The notes: a model not told the origin generated them from the sequence alone. A stretch of 64,000 bases of DNA from Flavobacteriales bacterium (GCA_040377305.1 JBEIPA010000016.1:53414-117413), one strand, 5' to 3'; counted from the first letter of the stretch, positions 8,594 through 19,728 are shown. Translations and numbers: made by a program.

Positions 8594-9844
8594 ATGGCAA
8601 TCATTGAACTAAAAGTTCCATCACCGGGTGAATCAATCACCGAAGTCACAATAAGCCGCTGGCTGGTAAAAACCGGCGACGTTGTAGAAAAAGATCAGGA
8701 GCTTGCGGAAATTGAATCCGACAAAGCAACACTTACCATCAACGCAGAAGACGCCGGGAAAGTTGAAATATTCGGGAACGATGGAGACGTTGTTAAAGTC
8801 GGTGATGTGATTTGCAAAATCGACACCAGCGTAAAACCTGAAGCTGGAGCGAAAAAGGCTTCGGCAAAGAAAGAAACTCCAAAGAAAGAAGAAGCAAAAG
8901 CCGAGGAGAAAGCAACGCCTGTTGAGACAGCGTCAACAAAGTCTGAAAATGCGAAAGCGACTCCTGTTGCGAAAAACATTATTGCGGAGCACAAACTCGA
9001 ATCCAAATCCATCCACGGAAGCGGCTCCAACGGCAAGATCATGAAGAATGATGTGCTGTCGGTGCTTGCGAATGGTTTTGATCAGAAAGCTGTTGCCGGT
9101 GGCTGGGGCGGAACGCGAGAAGAACGCAAAGAGAAAATGTCTCCGTTACGGAAGAAGCTTGCTCAGCGTTTGGTTTCGGTGAAGCAGAATACTGCAATGC
9201 TCACTACGTTTAATGAAGTGGACATGAGCGCTATTATGGCTATACGTGCGAAGTACAAAGAGCAGTTCAAAGAAAAATTCGGTGTGAATGTTGGCTTCAT
9301 GTCCTTCTTCACGAAAGCCGTTTGTGAAGCCTTGCATTTATTCCCCGCAGTGAATGCGTACATCGAAGACGAGAACATTGTGTTTCACGACTACTGTGAC
9401 ATCGGAATTGCGGTGAGTGCACCGAAAGGATTAATGGTTCCCGTAATTCGTAACGCAGAAGTAATGGGACTCGCACAGATCGAAGGCGAAATCAAACGTC
9501 TTGCACTCAAAGCACGCGACAGCAAACTTACAATCGATGACATGAGTGGTGGAACGTTCACCATCACCAACGGAGGAGTATTCGGCTCATTAATGAGTAC
9601 ACCTATTCTGAATCCACCGCAGAGTGCAATTCTCGGAATGCACAATGTGGTTGATCGCCCGGTTGCTGTAAACGGACAAGTTGTAATTCGCCCAATGATG
9701 TACGTTGCGCTCAGTTACGATCACCGGATCATCGATGGCAAAGACAGCGTGAGCTTCCTCGTGAAAGTGAAAGAGATGCTGGAAAATCCGATGAAGCTAC
9801 TGCTCGGCGGAAAGAATCCGGAAGAGGTTATTCTGGGATTGTAG
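8594..9844 (+). CDS. sucB: Dihydrolipoyllysine-residue succinyltransferase (E2)
   Basis: Lipoyl domain (EIESDKAT), Ala/Lys linker, [23 protein letters not shown]; follows sucA. Confidence 0.97.
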   Translation: MAIIELKVPSPGESITEVTISRWLVKTGDVVEKDQELAEIESDKATLTINAEDAGKVEIFGNDGDVVKVGDVICKIDTSVKPEAGAKKASAKKETPKKEEAKAEEKATPVETASTKSENAKATPVAKNIIAEHKLESKSIHGSGSNGKIMKNDVLSVLANGFDQKAVAGGWGGTREERKEKMSPLRKKLAQRLVSVKQNTAMLTTFNEVDMSAIMAIRAKYKEQFKEKFGVNVGFMSFFTKAVCEALHLFPAVNAYIEDENIVFHDYCDIGIAVSAPKGLMVPVIRNAEVMGLAQIEGEIKRLALKARDSKLTIDDMSGGTFTITNGGVFGSLMSTPILNPPQSAILGMHNVVDRPVAVNGQVVIRPMMYVALSYDHRIIDGKDSVSFLVKVKEMLENPMKLLLGGKNPEEVILGL

Positions 9845-9847
9845 CGA

Positions 9848-10549
9848 TCAATGTACGAATCGCGAATTAGAAACGCGTCCGTCATCGTCGACACAACTGA
9901 TCATGAAAATACCATTGGGCATGTCTGTGAGCACGAATGCACATTCGTTTTTGCCCCGAACATCCCGTGTTTCCAGTAGTTTACCATCAGAAGAATATAA
10001 ATTCACCGTGGTATATTCCCAGCCCGACCAACCAACGCCAATCGTAAATGGTGCAGGGTTCGGATAGTACCAAAATTGCGGTGGAGCCAATGGAGGATTC
10101 ATTCCCGCCGGAAAAAAATTATCAAACGTCGCAGTCACACATGAATAGTTGTTCATGTCCAACCGATCCCAAAAGCAATAATTAATTGTCGCAATTCCAC
10201 CATTGTTATTTGGGAAATACAATCCCTGAAAAGTTTGCATTCCCGCTGGGGCAATGATTTCTGAAACAACAGATGAGTCTGCATTCGGTGGATATTGCGT
10301 CGCGCCCCAAATCATTGCATTGGATGACGTAACGGGTGCGGTGAGCACTAATCGTCCCGCTACAACATCACGTGATACAGAATCAACATTCTCCACCGTG
10401 AGGTCACACAGCATTTGTGTTGCATTTGTGTCAGCGATGTAAATCACACCCGATGTAACGTCAATTAACTGATCGTCGTAAATACGAAATGAGCTTTGCG
10501 CGTGAAGTGCTCCACCAGATAGTATTGCAAGCAGAACGATCCTTTTCAT
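9848..10549 (-). CDS. Small T9SS type-A CTD protein
   Basis: Signal peptide MKRIVLL...HAQ; C-terminal YPNPA...LYSSDGK...GIFMI. Confidence 0.75.
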   Translation of the reverse strand: MKRIVLLAILSGGALHAQSSFRIYDDQLIDVTSGVIYIADTNATQMLCDLTVENVDSVSRDVVAGRLVLTAPVTSSNAMIWGATQYPPNADSSVVSEIIAPAGMQTFQGLYFPNNNGGIATINYCFWDRLDMNNYSCVTATFDNFFPAGMNPPLAPPQFWYYPNPAPFTIGVGWSGWEYTTVNLYSSDGKLLETRDVRGKNECAFVLTDMPNGIFMISCVDDDGRVSNSRFVH

Positions 10550-10550
10550 G

Positions 10551-11642
10551 TTAGCGCGCAATTACAAATGTGGTCGCATTTCCTGAGCTTACGTGACAGG
10601 TGTAAATTCCGTTGGGTAATTCCGAAACATTGATCGTTTCTGCGAGAGTACCCGTAATCACGTTGTGTGTTTGTACACAACGGCCGGTTGCATCGTAAAT
10701 CGAAATGGTCGTATTGTCTTCGGTTCCATCTGCAAACAAAACACGGATTTCATTCTGCGCAGGATTCGGAAATACTTTTGAATCGATTTGTTCCGCTTCA
10801 GTTACATCCGTAGAAATGCACTGCAAGTAAGTTCTGTCGCTCCAATATGTTGCGTTGATCATCGCGTATTGCATAGGACTAAATCCGGTTCGGCAGACTT
10901 TGCGTGAATACGACATGATGTTGGTAGGATCCGGCTGATAAGGCTGATTGTTTGCATCCAATGCCGTTCCGGTATACATGCACGCCGTATCAACTAATCC
11001 GGATAAGCCTGGATCAGCAGGTGTATCGCAAATCATATCTCCTTCTGAAGAACAATTTGATCCATCAACGAGTTCATCCGATGAACCGCCATGCGTGTGC
11101 ATCAATCCCATGTAATGACCTATTTCGTGTGCAAGTGTACTTCCGTTCGTTGCGCAACTTCCGGAAATAAATGCCGCATCAGGTCCGCCCGGATACCACG
11201 CGTAACCACACACCGCAGTCTGGTTCAATGAAACTGTATTCGCGAAATAAAGATTCAGCACATTCGCGGTTTGGTGATTGGTTAACAGCTCTGACTGGTG
11301 AAATGAAGACTCGTAATTATACATGGTATCTTCATCAATCATCTCAGCGGCGATACACTCAATGAAAATCAACCCCGCGTTGTTGTAGTAATAGTTTACT
11401 GAATCAAGTTCCGCTTGAATCTGCGCCAATGTGAGTGCAGAATTTCCATTGCTTTCGCGAATCAGATGGATGTGCACGGGAACTACAATCGCACCCTGAA
11501 TTACACCGGGTTGAATTTGTTGCACCCGTTGGTTATATGTCGCCTGGTAGTCAGCCGGCATCACAGTTCCGCATTCGGACTGGGCAGATAAGCCTCCAAA
11601 TATCAGAACCGCCCAAAATGAAAGAAGTAAACGTATCAGCAT
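10551..11642 (-). CDS. M43 (pappalysin-like) zinc metalloprotease with T9SS type-A CTD
   Basis: HEIGHYMGLMHT zinc motif, GDMICDTPADP, NIMSY Met-turn, N-terminal CGT cysteine switch, VFPNPA CTD. Confidence 0.9.
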   Translation of the reverse strand: MLIRLLLSFWAVLIFGGLSAQSECGTVMPADYQATYNQRVQQIQPGVIQGAIVVPVHIHLIRESNGNSALTLAQIQAELDSVNYYYNNAGLIFIECIAAEMIDEDTMYNYESSFHQSELLTNHQTANVLNLYFANTVSLNQTAVCGYAWYPGGPDAAFISGSCATNGSTLAHEIGHYMGLMHTHGGSSDELVDGSNCSSEGDMICDTPADPGLSGLVDTACMYTGTALDANNQPYQPDPTNIMSYSRKVCRTGFSPMQYAMINATYWSDRTYLQCISTDVTEAEQIDSKVFPNPAQNEIRVLFADGTEDNTTISIYDATGRCVQTHNVITGTLAETINVSELPNGIYTCHVSSGNATTFVIAR

Positions 11643-11711
11643 AATTAAAGATAATGATTCCGTGAATCGTGGTGGCAAAAAGTGACTTGAATCCTTTACT
11701 TTTACAGTGCT

Positions 11712-12533
11712 ATGACGCGCGCTGAACTCGATAAACTTCTAACTGCCAACCGCGATCTCTGGAATAAGAGAACGGAAGCACATCTTGCATCTGAATTCTA
11801 CGATGTAAACAAATTCAAGGAAGGAAAATCCTCCTTGAATTCTTACGAGCTGGAACTGCTTGGAGATGTGAGTGGCAAATCTATCCTTCATCTTCAGTGC
11901 CACTTTGGACAGGATTCTCTTTCGTTGGCGCGAATGGGTGCGAAAGTAACCGGGGTTGATTTTACGGATACTGCAATTGCAGCTGCGCAAAAGTTGAACG
12001 CGGAGATGGGACTTGACGCAAAATTTGTCTGCAGCAATGTGTACGATACGCGCCAACACGTGCAGGAGAAATTCGACATCGTTTTTACCTCATACGGAAC
12101 CATCGGATGGCTGCCTATCCTTAAACCGTGGGCACAGGTTATTTCAGAATCATTAAAGCCCGACGGCAAGTTTGTAATTGTTGACTTTCACCCCTTTGTG
12201 TGGATGCTGGACGACCGTTACGAAGCTTTTCAGCACAGCTATTTCAATCACGAAGTAATTGTGACAGATACAACCGGCAGTTATGCGTCGCACATCGATC
12301 TTCACCCACCAGCGAAAGAGTATGGATGGAACCACCCCTTCACCGATCTTCTTTCCTCCTTGGTGCGCGAAGGGTTAATACTCGAACGCTTCAATGAATA
12401 CGACGGATCTCCTTACGATTGCTTTCCGGGGATGAAGAAGGGTGAAGATGGAATGTTCCGATTCACGAAGTGGGACAAAAAATTTCCTCTCGTATATGCG
12501 ATTCGTTTCCGTAAGGATAAAACAAATCCTTAA
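11712..12533 (+). CDS. Class I SAM-dependent methyltransferase
   Basis: LHLQCHFGQDSLSLARMGAKVTGVDF, FDIVFTSYG. Confidence 0.9.
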   Translation: MTRAELDKLLTANRDLWNKRTEAHLASEFYDVNKFKEGKSSLNSYELELLGDVSGKSILHLQCHFGQDSLSLARMGAKVTGVDFTDTAIAAAQKLNAEMGLDAKFVCSNVYDTRQHVQEKFDIVFTSYGTIGWLPILKPWAQVISESLKPDGKFVIVDFHPFVWMLDDRYEAFQHSYFNHEVIVTDTTGSYASHIDLHPPAKEYGWNHPFTDLLSSLVREGLILERFNEYDGSPYDCFPGMKKGEDGMFRFTKWDKKFPLVYAIRFRKDKTNP

Positions 12534-12590
12534 CTGACCGAAATCATATCCTGCGCATCCTTAATTCCGTACTCTTGAAGTACGCGAATT

Positions 12591-13280
12591 ATGAAAATAA
12601 GAATTAGCAAACTACTCAGTTGGCTGTATCCTGTCCAATTAGAAAAAGTTAAAGGGGAATTGGGTCACGACCTTGAGGTGAACGTGAACAATGGGAAAAT
12701 TGTTTTGGATACTGCTACGGTCAATTATTCCTACGGAAACCTCCAGGACATTTTCGACTACGCGTTTCAACAGACTGCATTGTACGATAAAACGATTCAC
12801 TCCGCTCTGATTCCTGGATTCGGTTCAGGCTGCGTTTCTCACTTGCTCCATAATAAATGCGACCCGGCCATTTCTGTAACAGGAATTGAAGCTGATAAAG
12901 AAGTAATACGGCTCGCAAAGAAATATTTCCCGGAAGCGCGCAGTGAACATGTTCGCATCGTTCATTCAGATGCTTCTGAATACATCATTAAAATCCGCGA
13001 CAACTTTGACCTCGTTGTAGTTGATGTATTCGTCAATGACGAGGTTCCCGCCGGATGTCAAACCATCGATTTCTTCAGCCATTTAAAATCGCGGCTGAAT
13101 ATGCAGGGCAAGATTTACGTCAACAAAATGTATCGTAAGGACGACGTGATACAACCGGAAGAGTTGGAAGAAAACATACGTGCCGTTTTCCAGGATGTGC
13201 AGGTAATTCCGGTATCAAGAAGCGGATCACAGAATTATGTCTACGTCGCAACACGCCGGCGAAAGGTGTTCGGGATATAA
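12591..13280 (+). CDS. Spermidine synthase-like SAM-binding protein
   Basis: LDTATVNYSYG, GFGSG glycine loop, GIEAD, FDLVVVDVF. Confidence 0.75.
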   Translation: MKIRISKLLSWLYPVQLEKVKGELGHDLEVNVNNGKIVLDTATVNYSYGNLQDIFDYAFQQTALYDKTIHSALIPGFGSGCVSHLLHNKCDPAISVTGIEADKEVIRLAKKYFPEARSEHVRIVHSDASEYIIKIRDNFDLVVVDVFVNDEVPAGCQTIDFFSHLKSRLNMQGKIYVNKMYRKDDVIQPEELEENIRAVFQDVQVIPVSRSGSQNYVYVATRRRKVFGI

Positions 13281-13291
13281 CATCGGGTGGC

Positions 13292-13334
13292 GTAAAAAGA
13301 AAACCCACCTGCTTTCACAAATGGGTTCTTTTAC
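13292..13334. terminator. Probable bidirectional intrinsic terminator
   Basis: AACCCA...TGGGTT stem flanked by A and T tracts between convergent genes. Confidence 0.6.
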
Positions 13335-13361
13335 TTAAGACTTAAAGACTTAACTCCTTAC

Positions 13362-15509
13362 CTACTTATTAGGTTGTTTCCCTTCCCACTTATCCATAAT
13401 TACACCTTCCTTGATTGGACGGAACGAAGTACGGCGATTCTTCTGGTGAGCAGCTTCCTGTTCTTCTTTCGTTGGCATAGCAGCGATATCTTTCTCGGAA
13501 ATGAGTGGCTTAGATTCACCGTATCCTGTTGCAACAAGACGGTCGGCTGAAATTCCTTTACTGATCAGATAATCCACGCAACTTTTCGCACGTGCCTGTG
13601 AGAGACGCTGGTTATATGTATCACTTCCACGGGCATCCGTGTGCGATGCAATCTCAACAGAAAGGTTGTCGTTAAGTTCAAGGAATGCCGCAAGGTCATC
13701 CAGAATTTTCTGCGACTCCGGACGCAATGTTGCTTTGTCGAAGTCATACTCGATTCCAGGAATGGTGATTTCACCTGCAGGAATTGGTGTCAGATAAAAA
13801 TCGTGAATGAACAATGAATCATCTGTCAATCCAACAGTAGAAATGTTCGTTGCGTCACCGAAGTATTTATTCTTCTGTGCCTTGATGTACAGTTCCTGAT
13901 TCAGTGTCAATTCCGATTCGTAGTAACCCGTGCTGTCTGTGATGATGTAGAACGGCTCGTTATCTCCACGAACATCTTTGAACGTAAGGAGAGCGTTTCC
14001 GATTGGCTCGTTTGTTTCGATATTATAAACGTGGCCCTGAATCGCAAACTTGAGAGGCTCGTTCTCGAATGAATAAGCCTTGTAGCAATATCCGCTTCCC
14101 GGTCCGCACATTTCGCATTTCTCGCGGTCAGATGAGAAATATCCATGCTGTTGCTGACGGTCGAGTGTGAAGTAAGCATCATCGCGCGAAGAGTTGAACG
14201 GTGCGTCCAGGTTCTTCGGTGTTGTCCATGTGTTGTCGTCTGCGTTGAATGAAGACTTCACAATGTCAAATCCACCATATCCGCTCAATCCGTTTGAGCT
14301 GTAGAACAGCGTGCTCGAAGTGAAGTGGTAGAACGGTGTAATCTCGTCATCGGGCGTGTTGATTGCAGGACCCATGTTCACTGCTTCTCCGGGATTTCCT
14401 TCTTCGTCGAGCTGACACTTCCAGATATCGAGTCCGCCTTGTCCACCCGGACGATCAGAAACGAAATACAATGTTGAGCCATCATTAGATAAGAACGGCA
14501 TCATTGCTTTTGTCCCCGGTACGTTCACATTCGCATTAAGTTTCTGCGGAGCTAACCAGGTTTCGCCAACGTTGCGGCACATAAAAACAGAACATTCGGT
14601 TCCGTCTTCGTTCCATCGCGTAAAGAACAAATGTTCTCGACCGAAAGAAACAGATGCTGCTCCTTCGTTCTCTGGCGAATTCAATTGACCAACCGTAGTT
14701 GTAACAGGTTGTGGTTTCATCCACACACCATTCAGTTTGCGTGCAATAAACACGTCGGTTGAATACTGATCGAGTCCTTGCTTTGTGCGTTCCTCTGTGG
14801 AAGCATTTCCTTGTTTCGCACAAGAGAATAACAACACATCCGGATCGCCGTAATAACCCGCTGCGAAAGTTGCCGTTCCAGCATTGATATTGCTATCGAG
14901 TTTTGTAACGATCACTTCCTTCTTAATGCGGGAAGAATCCTGCGCATTCAGACAACCGCCGATATTACGTGTGGCGCGACGATACTCTTGTGTTTCCGGA
15001 TCTTTTCCGCGCTGGTAGGCTTCATACTGAACAATCGCCTCCTGATATTTCGCATTACTCTGAAGCGTTGTCCCGTAATAGTAAACAGCATCCGGAAAGC
15101 GTTCATCGGGTTTTGCCACTGCTTGTCCATACCAGAGTTCTGCATTATCGTAATCGTGAAGTAAACGATAACACTCTGCTATGCGGTGTACAACCCAACG
15201 TGTTTTCGGATCGTTGCCTTCAACCATGTCGGGCTGAATTTTGGTTGTATCGTTCAGCGCATTTTTGATTGCAACTGAATCAGCAACTTTCTTCGGTGGT
15301 GTATACGGACGACACTCATAAGGAGTGACGAGATCGCGATCACTTCCCGGAACCAGCTTCACAGCATGCTGATAACATGCGAGTGCAAGTTTGTAATTGC
15401 CCTGATCGTAAGCCTTGTCGCCAAATTCCAGCCACTCTCTTCTGCTTTGCGCGAAAACTGTTGTAACCGCAAGGAGAAGAACAATCAGAATTGATAGTTG
15501 CTTTCTCAT
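13362..15509 (-). CDS. PorE-like TPR/PD40/OmpA peptidoglycan-binding protein
   Basis: N-terminal TPRs, PD40 repeats (FVSDRPGGQGGLDIW), OmpA_C (YDFDKATLR, SHTDARGSDTYNQRLSQARA, NRRT); 4-nt overlap with porP. Confidence 0.9.
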   Translation of the reverse strand: MRKQLSILIVLLLAVTTVFAQSRREWLEFGDKAYDQGNYKLALACYQHAVKLVPGSDRDLVTPYECRPYTPPKKVADSVAIKNALNDTTKIQPDMVEGNDPKTRWVVHRIAECYRLLHDYDNAELWYGQAVAKPDERFPDAVYYYGTTLQSNAKYQEAIVQYEAYQRGKDPETQEYRRATRNIGGCLNAQDSSRIKKEVIVTKLDSNINAGTATFAAGYYGDPDVLLFSCAKQGNASTEERTKQGLDQYSTDVFIARKLNGVWMKPQPVTTTVGQLNSPENEGAASVSFGREHLFFTRWNEDGTECSVFMCRNVGETWLAPQKLNANVNVPGTKAMMPFLSNDGSTLYFVSDRPGGQGGLDIWKCQLDEEGNPGEAVNMGPAINTPDDEITPFYHFTSSTLFYSSNGLSGYGGFDIVKSSFNADDNTWTTPKNLDAPFNSSRDDAYFTLDRQQQHGYFSSDREKCEMCGPGSGYCYKAYSFENEPLKFAIQGHVYNIETNEPIGNALLTFKDVRGDNEPFYIITDSTGYYESELTLNQELYIKAQKNKYFGDATNISTVGLTDDSLFIHDFYLTPIPAGEITIPGIEYDFDKATLRPESQKILDDLAAFLELNDNLSVEIASHTDARGSDTYNQRLSQARAKSCVDYLISKGISADRLVATGYGESKPLISEKDIAAMPTKEEQEAAHQKNRRTSFRPIKEGVIMDKWEGKQPNK

Positions 15510-16498
15510 AAGCGTGGGCAGTTAGGTGCAACAACAGGAACTTTTCTTTTCGCAATGTAGATCAGAGAAAACTCAATTCCGCCGCGGTTATTTGTTGCCG
15601 GCTTCAACGTAGAAATATTCACGTCGTAACTCACACGGTAAGTGAACTGTCCCATCTTCAAACCAACCTCCATGATCGCAGCGTCTTTGTTACGAATGGT
15701 TGGACCCACTATAAGATAAGCATCCTGATTCGGCAAGTAAATGTTCGCCAACAAACCATACATGAATTCACGGGCGTTAGTCTGCATCATATACAACACA
15801 CGTGGATTCAACACGAGTCGTTCTGTAATACCCACGCGCGCACCTGTGTGAAGGATGTAGTGTATCGGCAGTTTACTCGTGTACCCGAAGAAAGATTCGT
15901 TCGGCTTGTTCAGGTTGGAAGCAGAGAACCCAACGAATGGATTGATGCGGCTTCCTTCTTTCGCATAATAGTAAAGCAAGCCCGCATTTATCATCATGTT
16001 GTAATCCGATTCCATTTGTCCGGAAGCTTCTCCGCTCGGCATATTCGGATCAAATCCGTTTTGTGCCATGGAGTATTGGTTGTTCCAACTTAAGCGGCCC
16101 ATGTCGACCGTTTTCTGAACACCTGTTACCGACATTCCGAATGCTACGTGGTGAATGTTGTGCTTATCACACTGCAGATCGTATGCACCTGAGAGTGTAA
16201 CACTGAGTTCGTTGAAGTTACCGAGACCTGCGCGGCTATTCATCACCTGCGCACCCCAACCATAACGCTTTACGGGCATATCGAATGACATTGCTGCGGT
16301 CTGGAATGGATTACGTGAAATAACATTCCACTGGTTACGGTAGTTTGCATGTATGCGATAATATCCATCGAACATTCCTGTCATTGCAGGATTGAGATAG
16401 ATTTTCGCTGCATCGTAATGCGTTAGGTGGAAATCCTGCGCCTTCATTGCTGAAGCGGAGAGAACCACACATGCTATTGCGATTAAACGTTTACTCAT
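15506..16498 (-). CDS. porP: PorP/SprF family T9SS outer-membrane beta-barrel
   Basis: QDFHLTHY..LNPAMTG...ANYRNQW...SYDVNIS...GGIEFSLIY; lies downstream of a type-B cargo. Confidence 0.9.
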   Translation of the reverse strand: MSKRLIAIACVVLSASAMKAQDFHLTHYDAAKIYLNPAMTGMFDGYYRIHANYRNQWNVISRNPFQTAAMSFDMPVKRYGWGAQVMNSRAGLGNFNELSVTLSGAYDLQCDKHNIHHVAFGMSVTGVQKTVDMGRLSWNNQYSMAQNGFDPNMPSGEASGQMESDYNMMINAGLLYYYAKEGSRINPFVGFSASNLNKPNESFFGYTSKLPIHYILHTGARVGITERLVLNPRVLYMMQTNAREFMYGLLANIYLPNQDAYLIVGPTIRNKDAAIMEVGLKMGQFTYRVSYDVNISTLKPATNNRGGIEFSLIYIAKRKVPVVAPNCPRL

Positions 16499-16569
16499 TT
16501 GAATTTTACTTTTCAGATGAATTCGTGAACCGCACAGCGGTTTCATTATTCTAGTGTCTTTCATCTTCG

Positions 16570-19500
16570 TTATCGTACCAATGTTACGTCACCCTCGAGA
16601 TAATGCGCGGCTCGATCCGGAGTTACAGCATGCACCGTATAGACGTACACACCAACCGGTTGTTCCACGTTGTCGCGGGTTCCATCCCAACCAATTGCCT
16701 GGGAAGTTGACACGAAAATGAGTTCGCCCCATTTATTGTAAATGCGCAGTTCCATTTCAATGAATGGTCCGCCAAGAACATAGAAGATATCGTTCTCACC
16801 ATTGCCGTTCGGAGAGAATCCTGACGGAACAACCGGCGGTGAACTGATGATGTAATCGAGAATAGTGGTGTCCATGCAACCATTCGAATCAGTAACAACC
16901 AATTCAATTGGATACACGCCCGGCGCACTCCAGCTATGTGTCGGATTCTGAATTGCAGAGTTCGTTGAGTCGCCGAAGTCCCAATCCCAGCCAACAATTG
17001 TTCCTGCAATTTGTGAGAGATCGGTAAGCTGCACGGTCTGATATGTGTTTGCTGCATTTAACGGATTCGCAGTGAAGTTTGCAACCGGCGCGAGGAATAT
17101 TCCAACAGGCTGTGTTACAGTATCGGCACATCCGAAGTTAGAAGTCACAACCAGCGAAACGTTGAATGTTCCCGAAGCTCCGTAAATGTGTACAGCAGGA
17201 TTTGTAGTTGCAGTAACGTTATCGCCGAAGTTCCACGCCCACTGCACAATTCCTGCTGAGTCAACTGTAGACGCATCAAGGAACGTAATAGGCTCGTTCG
17301 AACAGTTTCCGCTTGTAGTGAATGCCGCCAGTGGATCCGGGTAAACGTAAACCGGAGTAACTACCGTATCAGGACAACCGTTCTGTGATGTCGTGACGAG
17401 TGTAACGTTGTACCATCCACCTGTAGCATATACGTGCGATGGATTCTGTTGTGTCGACGTGTTATTCGGAGAAGTTGGATCGCCAAAATCCCAGAACCAC
17501 GATACGATTGAAACAACGGATTGTGTTTGATCGGCAAAGATGACCGGGAAACCAGGACATGCCGAGATGTATTGCAATCCTGAATTCGGAGCAGGAATAA
17601 CGGTAATGTTCAGTGTATCGCGCTGTTGACGGCAACCACCATTGTTGGTCGAGTTGAATATAATCTGAACACTTCCGGTCGAAAGATCAGTTGTGCCCGG
17701 CAAATACGTTGTAATCAGATTCGTGTCGTTCGCAAATGAACCATCGCCATTCGTTGTCCAGAATCCTGCACCGGTAGCTGTGTTTGCTGTAACCACAAAT
17801 GGCACGTTACTACACGCTGTGTCCGGACCAATAGCTGTTACGTTTGGCGGTGGAGTCAGGAATAGAATCAATGTATCTGTTTCCGGCAAGCAAGATCCGT
17901 TACCGGTTGACGTCATCCATAGCATAACACTGCCTGCTGCTGCATCTGCTGCGCTCGGCATGTAGTCTGTACACAATTGGTTTGGCGTAGAGAAAGATCC
18001 TGACCCGGAAGTTGACCACACGCCACCACTGGCAACGCTAACTGTTCCGCATACGTTAACAAAAGGAGTATCTCGGCACGCGAACAAGTCGACACCAACA
18101 TCCACAACAGGACCTGGTGCAAATGTGATTCGTACTGTGTCAAAATCGTGCGAACACAACGTGTATCCGGTTGTTTGTAAAATCAGAATTGCATAACCTG
18201 AATCAAGCTCAGCTTGCACCGGTGTGTAGGTTGCGTTGTAAGTGCTGTTATTCGGATTGAATGTTCCGAGACCGTTCCACATACCGCCTGTTGCGTTGAG
18301 GATGTTTCCGCCCAATCCAACAGTCGAGTTATTGGTACATGCGAATGTATCGTTACCGGCAAGTGCAATTGGTGGAGCAACTATGTACACAACAGTTTGT
18401 ACGGTGTCATCGCAACCGAGACTGTTTTGTGCAATGTGCGTTACCGTATACGTTCCGCTCGCCGCCCATGCGTGGGAAACGACTGCGCCGGTATCGGAAG
18501 TCATGTCGCCGAAATCCCAGTTGTAACCACTGAGGACCGCGTTACCCGTGACGACGGAACTATCCTGGAAAGTCAGCGTTTGTCCGACGCAGGCGCTATC
18601 ACCGGCGGGTGTTGCAGTGAATGCGGTAACACTTGATATATCAATGATCTGATAGGCTGTATCTGCGCAAGGAGTTCCGTAGTTGATGATGAGTGTCACC
18701 GAGTAAGGCCCGAGTCCCGGATAAGTGTAAGATGGGAACTGCTGTGAACTTGTATCGGTTGTAACACTCAGGTCACCGAAATCCCAGAAGTAGCTGTTCG
18801 CCGGATCAGAAGTGTTGTTGAAGAAAATGGTTCCGCCGGTACAAACGTTGTTGTTTGGACCGATGTTCGCCTGCGCGAGTGGTGGACAAAACACAACGTT
18901 GAGCTGGAAGTCGCGAAGTATCTCTCCGATTTTGACTCCGTTTCTGAATTCTTCGCATCGGACGCCGCAAACAAATTGTCCTTGCATGGGTGGCGCTCCG
19001 GTAATGTAACCCGTGGAGGAACTCATGGTCAATGGTGGTCCGCCGCAAGCGTTGTTTGGTCCGAAACCAGCCTGCCACGTAATTGGAGCTACAGTGAAAA
19101 CCCCAGCTGGGAATGTTGGAGCCTGGTCTGAATACGGTGTATAATACGAGTAGACCAGTGAATCGCCATCAGCATCAGTAGCACCATGGTCGAAATTCAT
19201 TGGATTTCCCTGACACACGAACACAGGCGGTGGATTTGTCCATACCGGGCTTGAGTTGGTAATCAGTACCGCGTTATTCGGGATGTAGGCGTACCACGTT
19301 TCACCCGTATTTAACGGATTCACGCAATTATCCAGCGTTGAGTTACGGCAACAATACTGGAAAAATAAGTGATAGCCACCTGCGCGCGGCGGAAGGTTGT
19401 TCACTACAGCGGTGTAAGTGGCTTCCTCCAGACAAATACCTGGATTCGCGGCACATGTGTCGATGTACGGCTGTACAGCAACTGCGCCCGGGAAGTTAAT

Positions 19501-19728
19501 AACGATGTCTTTGTCGGGAGTGAACGAGTTACCATTCACATCACGAACTTCAATACGCACATTCGGGAAAGCTGCGTTTCCAGGAGCACAGTCGCGGTAC
19601 ATTTTGAGTGTAACACGGTATGTTGCTCCGCCGAGATGTTCGTAGGTGAGGGATCCTCCTACGATGTGCGTAGCGAAGGCACCGACGGATAAAGTCAATG
19701 CCGCTACCAGCAGTAAAAAGTGTTTCAT
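16570..19728 (-). CDS. Large PKD-repeat T9SS type-B CTD protein
   Basis: ATHIVGG N-terminus, multiple WDFGD PKD repeats, C-terminal PSGFSPNGNGEND...IYNKWG...GDVTLVR. Confidence 0.9.
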   Translation of the reverse strand: MKHFLLLVAALTLSVGAFATHIVGGSLTYEHLGGATYRVTLKMYRDCAPGNAAFPNVRIEVRDVNGNSFTPDKDIVINFPGAVAVQPYIDTCAANPGICLEEATYTAVVNNLPPRAGGYHLFFQYCCRNSTLDNCVNPLNTGETWYAYIPNNAVLITNSSPVWTNPPPVFVCQGNPMNFDHGATDADGDSLVYSYYTPYSDQAPTFPAGVFTVAPITWQAGFGPNNACGGPPLTMSSSTGYITGAPPMQGQFVCGVRCEEFRNGVKIGEILRDFQLNVVFCPPLAQANIGPNNNVCTGGTIFFNNTSDPANSYFWDFGDLSVTTDTSSQQFPSYTYPGLGPYSVTLIINYGTPCADTAYQIIDISSVTAFTATPAGDSACVGQTLTFQDSSVVTGNAVLSGYNWDFGDMTSDTGAVVSHAWAASGTYTVTHIAQNSLGCDDTVQTVVYIVAPPIALAGNDTFACTNNSTVGLGGNILNATGGMWNGLGTFNPNNSTYNATYTPVQAELDSGYAILILQTTGYTLCSHDFDTVRITFAPGPVVDVGVDLFACRDTPFVNVCGTVSVASGGVWSTSGSGSFSTPNQLCTDYMPSAADAAAGSVMLWMTSTGNGSCLPETDTLILFLTPPPNVTAIGPDTACSNVPFVVTANTATGAGFWTTNGDGSFANDTNLITTYLPGTTDLSTGSVQIIFNSTNNGGCRQQRDTLNITVIPAPNSGLQYISACPGFPVIFADQTQSVVSIVSWFWDFGDPTSPNNTSTQQNPSHVYATGGWYNVTLVTTSQNGCPDTVVTPVYVYPDPLAAFTTSGNCSNEPITFLDASTVDSAGIVQWAWNFGDNVTATTNPAVHIYGASGTFNVSLVVTSNFGCADTVTQPVGIFLAPVANFTANPLNAANTYQTVQLTDLSQIAGTIVGWDWDFGDSTNSAIQNPTHSWSAPGVYPIELVVTDSNGCMDTTILDYIISSPPVVPSGFSPNGNGENDIFYVLGGPFIEMELRIYNKWGELIFVSTSQAIGWDGTRDNVEQPVGVYVYTVHAVTPDRAAHYLEGDVTLVR

